DNA from: Harriotta raleighana
Lineage: Eukaryota
Length of the DNA: 64,000 bases
NCBI GenBank assembly: GCA_050575255.1
Contig: JBNZDD010013705.1
Coordinates: 1,924,602-1,988,601, forward strand
Direction: 5' to 3'
Shown: positions 53,623 to 64,000 of the stretch, one piece after another
Position numbering within the stretch: position 1 is the stretch's first letter
Layout of the letters: each line of letters begins with the position of its first letter
Program-made: the position numbers and the translations under genes
The notes under the pieces: model-generated
The model's input: the letters and a program-made list of their open reading frames with translations, nothing else
The model's database searches: none
Told to the model about the DNA's origin: nothing

Positions 53623-54494
53623 TGTAGGGATCGGAATCGAGAAACATTAACACCTCTCCCTTTTACTATCCTCTCCCTCACACCCCCACCCCACCACTCC
53701 TCCAATGACCATTATTTTCTCCCTCCCACATCCCTAAATAAAGACGGAGATGTGCAACTAGCCACACTATAGCCTGGCCAAAAGGTCAGGGAGCACAGGG
53801 GCCACTGGCGAACTCACTCTCCTGCTGATTCCAGGGATAACTGTGACTCTTGTTACCAGCTTCCCCACAGAGTGTTCCAATCCCCACTTGCCACCAGGGA
53901 GTATCTCTCTCTCTATCTGTCTCTCTCTCGCTCCTGACTGAAGGGCAGACTCTGCTAACTCAACATCACGGAGAGGGAAGCGGGTGCATTGCCAGAGCAC
54001 TGAGCTGATTGGAGATGTCAGTTTGAGCAGCTTGTCAAAGCCCTGATAAAAAATTGTTGTACAAAGTTATCATTACCGCGGCTTTAAGCAAATTCTATCA
54101 ACCCGCAGGGACGAGGCAGCGAAGGAATTTCATTACAAAGACAAAGGACCTGGCAGCTCGATCAAACACGAGCAGGGCTCCAGATAACATTTGCATTTAA
54201 CTCTGCGCTGCTCTCGACATAATCAATCACATTAATATTCATTGGCATGGAAACTTAAATATAGGCCTTTTAGAAGATGAGCAGAAATAAAGATGGGCTT
54301 TGTTTTTTGCTGCCCTTGAAACTGGAACTTGTACATCTTTTGCCAGCGAATCGCCTGGGATGGCTTAAAAAGGGCAGCTTGGGTGTGAGGATTTTCACCA
54401 CTGAAAGAGGACATTGTTCTTTGCAATAATTGTCAGGAATATTTCACCTCCTTTGTGCATCAACTCCTTTTTGTGATATTTGTCACATTATTAC

Positions 54495-55185
54495 GACTAC
54501 AAATTGCATTTATATTTGAGCCTTTTATGTTAGGAGGATGTCCCAAGGCGCTGAACTGTCGAGGGTTTGCATTGGAGCTGGAAGCTAGATTTGGGAGAGA
54601 TAGAGGCCGGGGAGGGCGAGGGGGACAGAGGATAATTAAAGGCACTGTCAAAGAGGAAATTCTTGAGACAGGCCTTGAAGGAGGCAAAGTGAGTCTGGGG
54701 TGAAATTCCAGAGGGTGAGGGCAGAAAGGCTGATGGCTCGACTTCCAATGATGGGCAAGCAGGGAGGAGAATGTGAAGTAGGCCTGTTGTGCAGCGAGAG
54801 TTGTTAGGGCTTTAGAGGGTGACTGAGGCAGGGTGAGGCAAGGCCATGGATAGATTTAAAAGCGAGGTGAGGATATTGGAACTCTATCCTCTGGGGGATG
54901 GGGGAGCCAATGGAGCCGGGGAAGAGTGGGGGTGATAGGCTTGTGGAACGGGAGGCAGGGAGGACGCAATCTGCAGGGTTTTAAATGACCTGCAACTTGT
55001 GAAGGGAAGAGTTGGGAATTGCATCAAGCTGAGAGTTGGCGTAGTCAAGCCTGGACATGGATAAGTATGGAGAAGAGTCTTGGCAGACTGAGGGGAGAAG
55101 TAACGGCGGAAGCGGGCAATGTTGCAAAGGTGGAGGAAAGCTGAACAGGTTATGGCATGGATGTGGGGTTTAATGGACAGTTGAA
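54495..55185 (-). mobile_element. L2 LINE 3' end in ELMO1 intron
   Basis: Same family as 33950-34565; includes SRLDYAN-like and HWLP..QRIEF-like segments. Confidence 0.8.
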
Positions 55186-55189
55186 ACTT

Positions 55190-55611
55190 AATATAATAAT
55201 AATCCTTGCATTTGATATAGCGCTTTTCATGTCTTCAAGACGTCTCAAAGCCTCACAGAATATACCGTAAACGTGGCAGCCAATTGTGCACTGCAGTGTC
55301 CCACAAACAGTCATGGACANTAATAATAATCCTTGCATTTGATATAGCGCTTTTCATGTCTTCAAGACGTTCTCAAAGCCTCACAGAATATACCGTAAAC
55401 GCGGCAGCCAATTGTGCACTGCAGTGTCTCACAAACAGTCATGGACTGAAAGACCAATTTTTTTGTTATTGTGTTTTGTTTTGAGGGATTATTTTTAGTC
55501 GGTGTGTGGAGTAAGGAAATTTACCCAAGATTTCGCCCTGACCTGCCTGGATTTGCACACAGGTCTCACGCTTGTAAGGTAAGTGCTCTAACCACTGAGC
55601 TACAGGTCTCT
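55190..55611 (-). mobile_element. tRNA-headed SINE; tail duplicated across N at 55320
   Basis: Head at ~55540-55611, core and tail. Confidence 0.82.
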
Positions 55612-57062
55612 ACTTATACAAGGTTCCACACTGGCTCCATTAGGTGGAGAGTGTATGCATGTAGATAGATACTGTCATCACCTGAGGTGAGAAGGCACTG
55701 ATGGGAACGAAGCAGAAGAGCCTCTGCCTTGTCAACATTTAACTGACGGAAAGTTAGCGCTCTCCTTATCCAGTTCAGGTGCGGATCCCTGACTGTCCAG
55801 CGCCTTGGGACATCCTCCTGACATGAAAGACGCTCTACGAATGTAAATTGTTGTTGTTGATGGCTGACAGGCAAGAGCAGCAGTGGTCCTGGAATCAAGC
55901 GAGGCAGAAAAATGTGGAAATTATTCTGTGTTTGTGGATGAGATTGCCAAGTGGGAGCAGGTCAATATTAAAGATGGAGCACTGAGGGACAGTGCAGGAT
56001 GCCAGAAGAAGCTGTTTGCAGATTCCAGAGGGGAGACATTGGAAAAGGTAGGAATGAAACCAGAACTGTGGAGGCCCAGCTGAGAGGAGGTAGTGGAGAA
56101 GAATAGAATCGTCGAGGCAAAGGTCACAGAGAATTTCACAGGAACAACTGGATAACTAAAATACATCACTGTTCACACACTCAATGGGAACTTCTAATAC
56201 ACAAGATTGCTAGAGAGATTTGAATGAAGAACGTGTTAAATTCATCTGATCTCATCCACCCAATTGTCTTCCCGTTAGGGCATACAGTAATAATATAATA
56301 TCATCCTTGTATTTGATATAGCGCTTTTCACATCTTCTAGATGTCTCAAAGCGCTTCACAGAATTTACTGTAAAGTGAATTGACTTGTTTATTTGTGGAC
56401 GAAAACACGCAGCCATTTGCGTGCAGCAGTGTCCCACAAACAGTCGTGGACGTTCTTAATGCTCATCGAGTTCTATCGTGTTCTCTTGTCAATTATTCCA
56501 TTGATGTATCCTCTGTAGCCGCTTGTCAGGTAGCCAGAAACAATCTTCATTCAAAACTAATCCTCATGTTTCTATAAATATAGCTTTTTTCAAATGGTGA
56601 GGTCGAGTTCGAAGAAATTCTATGTGGAATTTCTTGCTTAGAATCCTGCACTTCTGCCTCAAATTACAGGGTGATGCTCACTCACCTGACTTAGACTTAA
56701 TGTGATTTCCACAGTGATAACTGACAGCTCTGCTCAGTCTTCCAAACTGAACCAGAAGGAAGAAACCACACAGTCACTGCAGTTTAGTTTCTTAAGTCAA
56801 TGCTGGCCTCTTCCACCTATTGTCATCCTGGAATGGGTTGATTGTCCTCCATATAAATATAAATACTTCCTGGTGCCTAATCTTAAACTGCCCTCATGAA
56901 ACTGCACATTGTGCTACAGCCTCGTGCACCTATTAGCATTTGTTGGCTGCATCAAGAATTTTAATTCACTGCACTTTGGAAATATTAGTTATTGATCACT
57001 GGCCCAGTCCAAAATATCCAAAAAGTGAACTTTGCGTCGTGGACGGTTATTTGGTTGTTTAC

Positions 57063-57145
57063 CTTGTTTTGCTTCAGAGCTCCCTTCTCCTTCATATGAG
57101 GACAATCTTTCCCAGTCACGATGGCTTTGATGTCTGCCACTGGTA
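57063..57145 (-). CDS. ELMO1: ELMO1 coding exon (83 nt; [28 protein letters not shown])
   Basis: Read by hand (this frame is absent from the ORF track); acceptor TTTACTTAACAG|TA, donor AAG|GTAAAC. Confidence 0.93.
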
Positions 57146-57779
57146 CTGTTAAGTAAAGGAAACTCTGTTAACTCCAGCTTCTGCTGCCTTCGACGCCGCC
57201 TGCTGAGAAAACAGCTACACAAACACAACCAGAAGGAAAGCACAGCTGATCCAACCAGCTCGACGGGTCCCACATCCTATCCTGTATTTAAGTGAGCGGT
57301 GCTTGTGAATAGAATGTGCCCTTTCCCTCGCTCAGGGTCCCATTATGCCCTTGATCAGAAATCAGAGACTCCCTCCCTCTCCCTTTCCCCATCCCACCGT
57401 ACACTATCGTTCACTGTTCAAAGGACAGATTGGCTAATCTCCTACCTCCTTCCCCATCACAAAGTACGCAAGTGGTCAATATTGACCCTGGGAAGTTGGC
57501 AGATGCATTAATCCTGTGCCCCACACATTTGGTGCAAGCCATGGCTTTTCTTGCCACTGAAGAGAGGGCGTCACTGGCTGCTGCTTGTAGGTGATAGAAA
57601 ACAACAGCTCAGGTACACAGCAGCAGCAGCAGCCAGCTCCCTGCCTCACGACTCTTAAGACAACGGCAGATGTGGACAATGCAACATGTTGAAAACCAAA
57701 AGCTCCATCCAACCAGTAGAAAAAAATGTCAAATGACCAGGACGTAGTTTACACATGTGAGCCTCTGTGGATGACTTAC

Positions 57780-57887
57780 GCTTGTCCTGTAAAGATTCAT
57801 GTGGGACCTCTCCCTGGGGGCTCTCTTCCAAATCTCCGTAATGCAGGACCTTGTGGTTTGGCGAAAGCCGGCAATACCAGAATTTGT
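57780..57887 (-). CDS. ELMO1: ELMO1 coding exon (108 nt; [36 protein letters not shown])
   Basis: Acceptor TTTCCCGTTGCAG|AC, donor AAGC|GTAAGT; ELMO1 PH-domain peptide. Confidence 0.94.
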
Positions 57888-58885
57888 CTGCAACGGGAAA
57901 CAGGTTTGGTTTCAACTTTCATTCCAAACAGAACCCTCGCCAGTGTTATGTGTGATTTCTACTATCACCACCATGTCCTCCCACTGTGAAAGGCGCGGGA
58001 TAAATATGAATCCGTATTGCAGTTGTTCTAAAGTACACAGTGTTTCTAAAATTGTGAAAATTGCTGCAAAGTGAAAACGTTTTTAAAAAGGCGCAGAGCA
58101 ATCAATGCACGGGAAAATGTGACAGAAAACGCTGCAAAGTGTTTCATTTTTTTCAAGTAAAAGCAGATGGATTCAAGGTTATCGAGGTCTGAGTTTGATT
58201 TCGAAATTCCACACACGAGTCTCAGGGCAAATTGGATGGTGAGTCTGGATGGCCCGTTCTGGCCTGAAAATGTTACATGAGTTTATCGCACCACAGGAGC
58301 TGTGTGTGAGCTTCTGCCTTTACTTTTATGTTAGATTGAAAGACAACGTTAAGCAAAGAGAAGAAAGACAAGGGGGTCGAATGAACTGAGTTTGATTCCC
58401 GAGCAGGGAGAAATGTTGGGCAAGTTTCCTTACCCCACACGCCTCTGTTCACCTAACAGTAAGTAGGGATCCGGTTGCTAGTCGAATGGCGGATCGCTTT
58501 TCCGGAGGTAATAATCCATTAAAAATTAATAATAATAATAAAAATAATAATTTGGTCACTCGATCCACGACTGTTTGTGGATCACTGCTGTGCACAATTG
58601 GGGGTCGCGTTTCACCCACAATATACCCACACCCAAAATATACAGTCAATTCACTTTACAGTATACACTTTACAGATATGTTCATCAACAGCATTTCACT
58701 GATTGAGAACTTGGCTCTGATGACCGTCAGGTCTGAGGTTTTGTGAGTCGGAAGGAGCGAGTCTGCCTGCAGGAGATTCAATTCACGTCCCTGAGCTTTT
58801 CAACCCCAGTGATCAAAATCCCCTCCCAACACCGCCCCCGTCACCCCAACAGCCACATCCCCATCCAGCCACCCCCACCCTGTAC

Positions 58886-58998
58886 CTTGTCTTCGTCGGC
58901 TGCTGATCTTTCTGAAACAGGTTCCTTCACAGAGTCGGTTCAGCCGCTGTTGTTTGACCAGCTCCATGATTTCGGGCTGAATCTTCTCCCTCAACTCA
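58886..58998 (-). CDS. ELMO1: ELMO1 coding exon (113 nt; [37 protein letters not shown]), start of PH domain region
   Basis: Acceptor TTCTGTCTCCAG|T, donor CAAG|GTACAG; phases fit both neighbours. Confidence 0.93.
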
Positions 58999-59194
58999 CT
59001 GGAGACAGAAAGAGCCAAGTAAGATGTCAGGGCACCATCACTGCACCAGGCTGCTTTCAGGCAGGCGGAGATTCCCACCATCTCACCTGACCACAAGCAC
59101 TGTACATCTTCGCAGCAAAGACTATCCCAATGCACCAAGCTCTTTATCCCTGCAGACTGTGCGAAGGAAGCTATATAAATGCAACTTTCTGTTG

Positions 59195-59570
59195 TTTTTG
59201 ACTATTGATCCGCTCACTTGTCTACAAATCCTTTCACGCCCTAGCAAATCCCTATCTTTCTGACCTCCTCTCTCCCCTCTCCACTATCAGTCTCAGCTCG
59301 GCTGGCTCTGTCCTCCTGCTTATCCTTCATCCCCTCCACTCAAACATCGGTAACCACACTTTCAGCCATTACGCCTCGAAGCTTTAGAACTCCTTCCTCC
59401 AAACCCCTCTGCCTTGCTCTCTTCTTCCCCCCTCTTAAAGAATTCCTCTTCGACTGTGCTTAGTCACCTCCTCCATCCCCCAGCCCGGCATTAGGCTCAG
59501 CCACTGTTAAGTGCTCCGAGACGCTGCCCTGCTTGAAGGGTGCGATGTAAATGCAAGTAGTTGTTGCTGT
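59195..59570 (+). mobile_element. L2 3' end with second tail type (GCTCCGAGACGC..GAAGGGTGCGATGTAAATGCAAG)
   Basis: LVYKSFHALANPYLSDLL peptide; the same tail type occurs at ~16780-16850(-), 23290-23350(+) and 34565-34630(-). Confidence 0.7.
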
Positions 59571-60074
59571 ATCCCCCAAATTGAAGACTCTGTTCTCCTT
59601 CCCCGGACATGAACAAAGGCTGTATCCCCACACCAGCAGTTTCATCTTTTTAACCTTCATTTTCATAAAAACATTGATGCCCAAGTCAGTGCACTTTAAT
59701 TTCTCCTCTCACACAGAAGCGCGGAGGAGATCCGTGCCCTGAGTTTGCCTAGAAAATATTTTCCAGCCCAATGTTCATTCCAAAATAAAAGCGTAGCAGC
59801 CTTAATTCAGGCTGTGCAAAAAGTGAAGGTTTAATAACAAGGAGGATGCCACCCACTCACATAGGAAGGATTAAAACAAATACTACTTTATAGCAGACAA
59901 TAGAACACACAGTTAATTTTACCTCTTCTGTATAGTCCTACTATTTCGGGTCTCCTGATTAGAGAGCTGGGGGGGGGGGGCTTCCTTTGCAGTAACTTGG
60001 GCAGCTTTAGTTAAGACAGATTTCCTACGGCATTAAACTCATTTTTTAAAAGTTATCAATCAATTTGACATCCG

Positions 60075-60605
60075 AGCCATGACCAGTCTTCTACCTTCCA
60101 TCACATTGCCAGACTCCATCACTGCGTCACCCGTAAGGCTGCGGAAACCTTCACCCATGCATTTATCACATCTGGGCTTGACTACAGAAACTTCCTCCTC
60201 GTCGGCCTTCCCAACTCTTCCATTCACAAGCTGCAGATCATCCAAAACTCTGCAGCTCATGTCCTCTCCTGCACCAAGCTTTGCGACCGCCCTTGCCCGG
60301 ATCCACTGGATCCCCATTCCCCAGAGGATAGAATTCAAGGTCCTCGACCTTGCTTTCAAAGCCATCCATTGCCTTGTTCCCTCCTACATCTCCGACCTGT
60401 TGATTCTCTACCAACCTGAACGCTCCCTAGTTTGAACGGGCTCTGGTCTACTCCGTGCTTCCTGCCTAACCTGCCCTATCATCGATGGTCGCGCTTTCAG
60501 CTTCTCCGACTGTGGAACTCCATCCCACAGTCCCTTTGCCTCACTTTCTCCCATGCCTCCTTCAATGCCGGTCTCAAGATTCTCCGTTTTGCCCATGCCT
60601 TCAGC
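60075..60605 (+). mobile_element. Decayed L2 ORF2 C-terminus
   Basis: IHWIPIPQRIEFKVLDLAFKAIHCLVPSYISDLL. Confidence 0.85.
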
Positions 60606-62159
60606 TGACTGTTTACATTGATGACCTAGGGATTGGACCCTATGATCAATGTTGTTTTCAAATTGGCTTCTGGAGTTGTGCTACAATATAGACAGTGGCT
60701 ATATCAAATGCTAGGATTGTCACTATTATTTATTACTAATGATAATCCAGCTCAGACTGATGTTACAAAGATCTCTTCCCTCTGCTAACTATAATGGCTA
60801 ACCCTATAAGGAATGATTCAGGACTCACTCCCTCAGTGAGGAACAAGATTCAGATTCACAGAGGGAGAGGGGACAGTGGCCGCTGTCACAAGGAACACAA
60901 AGCCTGCACTGATAGAGAAGCATATGGTCTTTTGAGGTTAGAGGTGAGACAAACTGGGAGAGCGAGGGAGCTTTATTCTGCATCTAGCGTCATGTACCTG
61001 AGCTGGTAGCGCTGAGTGACGCACACACTAGGTGTCTCAAAAAACATTTCTAGTTCAACTCCATTGACGTTTTTCACTGGGAATCGCATCAATTTAATCT
61101 ACTTTTTTTTTAAATATTAAAAAAAAATCCAAAGCTGAGAACTCAAGAAACAAGCGCACTTGCCTCCGGCAGCACTCAGCCACACTATAACAAACGCTAA
61201 TCAAACAGAGCTTCCACGGTAATTACCTACAATTACTTTCACGCTCATTACCCCGTCTGAAAAGGCCTGCATCAATGAGATTCCGCGCTGAACTATCCCT
61301 CTCCCACTTTCACACTGAAACATATCAGTCCCCGGCTGACGTGCACGACACCGCTGCTCAGATGAAAGTCCGTCATTTCAACAGAAATCCCTGACACTCT
61401 TGTTGTGCTCATGCTAAACTAAACGCAGCCTGTGCTAATTTGAACACATTTGGAAATCCAGCTCTCTGTTTAAAACGATGGATTTGTTTTCTATTTTGAG
61501 ATGTTGAGGGTNGAAATCCAGCTCTCTGTTTAAAACGATGGATTTGTTTTCTATTTTGAGATGTTGAGCACTGGGTAGCATATGGGTTATTTTGTAGCTA
61601 TGGGACTCGACAGATGGATTGCAATCGTCAATCGTCTTCACTCCGATCCATTTATGGGTCTTAAAAAATAATACATTTATTTTCTGTTATAGCACCATAA
61701 TCGTGATATATTCTTCGTTACCCCATGATACGTCAGTAGAAACTAGCAAGTGTTATCTCAGGGGAAGTGTCCACAGTTTCTTTATTGCCATCAATCTCTC
61801 CCTCTCCAAAATATAAAAAAAGCCTGTTGCATTTCCCCCAAGAGGACAAGATCTAGAACTTAACTGTACATACCCAGTCCTGAATACTGTCGGCAACAAT
61901 TCCTTATGTTTATATAACACCCCTCACACAGGAGCGCTTTACAAAGACGGGGTTGTTTGACGAGAAGGGAAAAGGGGAGGTGACTTTTGGGAGAAACTCT
62001 CCATCCACAATACAGTACCAGTGTATTAAGTAGCTCCCTTATTCTCTGGTTCCAATATTCATAAAATCATTCTTTCCCAGGATATACTGTCTGCTTCTAT
62101 TTCATTGGTTCTTTCTTAATTGTCATTAACTTCTTAAAGGGAAGTGATTAAACATGGAC

Positions 62160-63720
62160 AGAGGTAGGTTTTAAGATGGAATTTAAGAAACGATGGGGGG
62201 GGGGGGAACTAGGGGTGTGTAGAATCTGAAAGCTCAGTCAGTGATGGTGGTGCAGAAAGGTCAAGGAGCATGAAACAAGCCCATGTTAGCCCAGCAATGG
62301 GATGAGCTGGGGAGTGAGTGAGTCAGGACAATATTAGAGACAGGGAAATGCTGAGGTGTGAAGGGTGATGTACTTGAAAACAATCTGCAGGGGGCAGGGA
62401 GACAGTGACGAGAGAAGAAGAAATACTTCCCTTATGTCAGTGCCTCATCTCCTCATCACCAACATTACACAGGACACTCCACAGAACCATACAAATGCTG
62501 TGTCACTCCAGTTCTTGTAGTTACTATGACTGTGGCATTCAGCATCACTGTCCCCACACTCTGAAACTCTTATCCCGCAATCTCTTCACCTCACTTCCTC
62601 TCTTGCCTCCTTCAAGTCCAGTCTAAAGACTTTCCTCTTCGACCGTGCTTTTAGCCACCCTCCTATCCCCAGCCACCTGCCCTCCACCCCTCCTGACCCA
62701 AACTCCCAGCTTGGATCAAAAGAATCCCAGACAATGCAGCACCCTGGGATGTCTTTACAAGTTCAATTTGTTGCTGATGACAGTAAAGGGCTGATATATC
62801 AATGTTGTCAATTCCGCAGAATGCTGTGAAAGTTTACAGGTAACATTTTCAGTTTGTCAGAAACTTCCAAATGGTTCTGTACCGAGNGGTAACATTTTCA
62901 GTTTGTCAGAAACTTCACAAGTTCACGGTGAGGTGAAGTTCACAGTGTGGTGAAGTTGAGGAGAGGTGAGGATAAAGGCACAAAACTCTGCAGGGAAGGG
63001 AGGGGAAAGAATCCCGAAATCATGTGCGGGCCAAAGGCAAGCAGGCCCTGGAAAGATTCTGAGTGCTTACAGGATGGGACGTGATTGGAAGTCCTCCTGG
63101 TTCATCCTCTCGGACTGTCGTATTTTCAGAATCTCGGTGTAACTCAGGTTCTGGAGCTTGCTCTTGAACTGGTCCAGTGAGTTAGGCTTGGTGTTGAGTG
63201 CCCTCATTATCTGCTCCTTCACCACTTGCATTACCTGCCAACAGTACGAAGCGGAAAACAATTTGAGTCAGTTTACATCTGGCCAATGGATTTATAACAA
63301 CAACATATAATGAGCATCTGTCATCATAGCATTTCATAAACCTGTGTTTATATAGTGCCCTTTACGCAGGATAATGTCTTGGGAATGCTTTACAAGGATG
63401 GGGGCCACCACTGAGCAAGAAATAATTGAGAGATGGAAGGGGGAGATGGCATAAGCGTGGTCAAAGGGCAGATTTTAAGATGAGATTTAAGTACAATTAG
63501 AGAGATGGAGGGGTGGAGTTTAGGGCAATAGTTGATTCAGGCTCTGTCACCAATATTTGTGTCAGGGATGTGTGCAGCCATCTTGAGCTGGCTCGGTGGA
63601 AGGGTGAGCAAAGGAATTTTGCAGGAGCTCATAAGAGATTGGGAGATCATCGCGTGTGAAGAGGCTTATAGCTGAGGGTGAGGACCTTGAAGTCGATCAG
63701 TTGGGAGACCGGCAATGTCT
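62160..63720. mobile_element. Decayed L2 fragments flanking the 164-nt exon (~62160-62410 -, 62440-62780 +, 63340-63720 -)
   Basis: L2-like 3' motifs (AAGACTTTCCTCTTCGACCGTGCTTTT; GGACCTTGAAGTCGAT). Confidence 0.5.
63071..63234 (-). CDS. ELMO1: ELMO1 coding exon (164 nt; [55 protein letters not shown]); upstream exons lie beyond the window
   Basis: Near-identical to vertebrate ELMO1 from about residue 480; acceptor TGGCAG|GTA, donor CT|GTAAGC, phase 2. Confidence 0.93.
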
Positions 63721-64000
63721 TGGGTGACAAACTTGGGGAGTTTGGTGTCGTGGTTTACCATGATATCATCAACTGAACGCATGTTCGGAATATCATCAGC
63801 TATAGTGGGTATAGCCAAAACCCCAATAACAAACTGCAACCTGTACAGATTCTTTCACTGGTAATGTTGTGCAAACTTTTGAAATAGATGGAGTGGAAAT
63901 CCAAGCAAGGCCAGAGAGCTGGGGAGAATATTGTAAAAAAGGTAAGAGTTTTTTTTATATAGAAGATTTTATGAAAACAGAGAGGTAGAGGGAAATTAAG

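Larger units (their letters stand above)
632..58670. repeat. Further truncated copies of the same SINE at about 632-820(-), 4041-4320(-), 5256-5341(-), 6362-6505(+), 6929-7130(-), 8425-8635(+), 9520-9780(+), 20230-20455(+), 20875-21040(+), 21625-21888(+), 27795-27952(+), 41320-41540(-), 42118-42282(+), 44170-44330(+), 47580-47680(-), 48215-48408(-), 56288-56450(-), 58385-58670(+)
   Basis: Recurrent core CACAAATATACAGTCAATTCACTTTACAGTATATTCTGTGAAGCGCTTTGAGAC and tail; boundaries approximate. Confidence 0.75.

Noticed and set aside
2242-56437. Recurring ORF peptides such as [26 protein letters not shown] and [19 protein letters not shown] suggesting a gene family
   Set aside because: They are translations of the SINE core in different frames and strands.
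632-58670. CRISPR-like or regularly spaced repeat array
   Set aside because: Repeats are ~300-bp dispersed retroposons in both orientations with irregular spacing, in eukaryotic DNA.

Overview
Vertebrate genomic DNA, rich in repeats. The mix of tRNA-headed SINEs, Deu-type SINEs, CR1, L2 and Penelope-type repeats suggests a cartilaginous fish such as a chimaera (inference). The only protein-coding gene I can support is the 3' end of ELMO1 on the minus strand. It has six GT-AG exons (63071-63234, 58886-58998, 57780-57887, 57063-57145, 48109-48186, 45751-45951; 164+113+108+83+78+201 = 747 nt) that splice in frame to 248 aa plus a stop, covering the end of the ELMO domain, the PH domain, the EAD and the PxxP tail. 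A ~1.3-kb 3'UTR follows. Bases 1-44,400 are apparently intergenic. They hold most of the ~35-40 copies of a tRNA-headed SINE, plus older Deu-type SINEs, decayed CR1/L2/L1/RTE LINEs, a hAT transposase relic and Penelope-type repeats. All nine single-N positions are flanked by duplicated sequence, including one 1.6-kb block, and look like assembly joins. Most ORFs in the supplied track are chance or repeat-derived. I found no convincing evidence for a new biological system. The best leads are a chimeric SINE-core/L2-tail retroelement, a palindromic TSD-flanked Penelope-type insert near a decayed hammerhead motif, an unclassified old repeat, and several candidate conserved enhancers.
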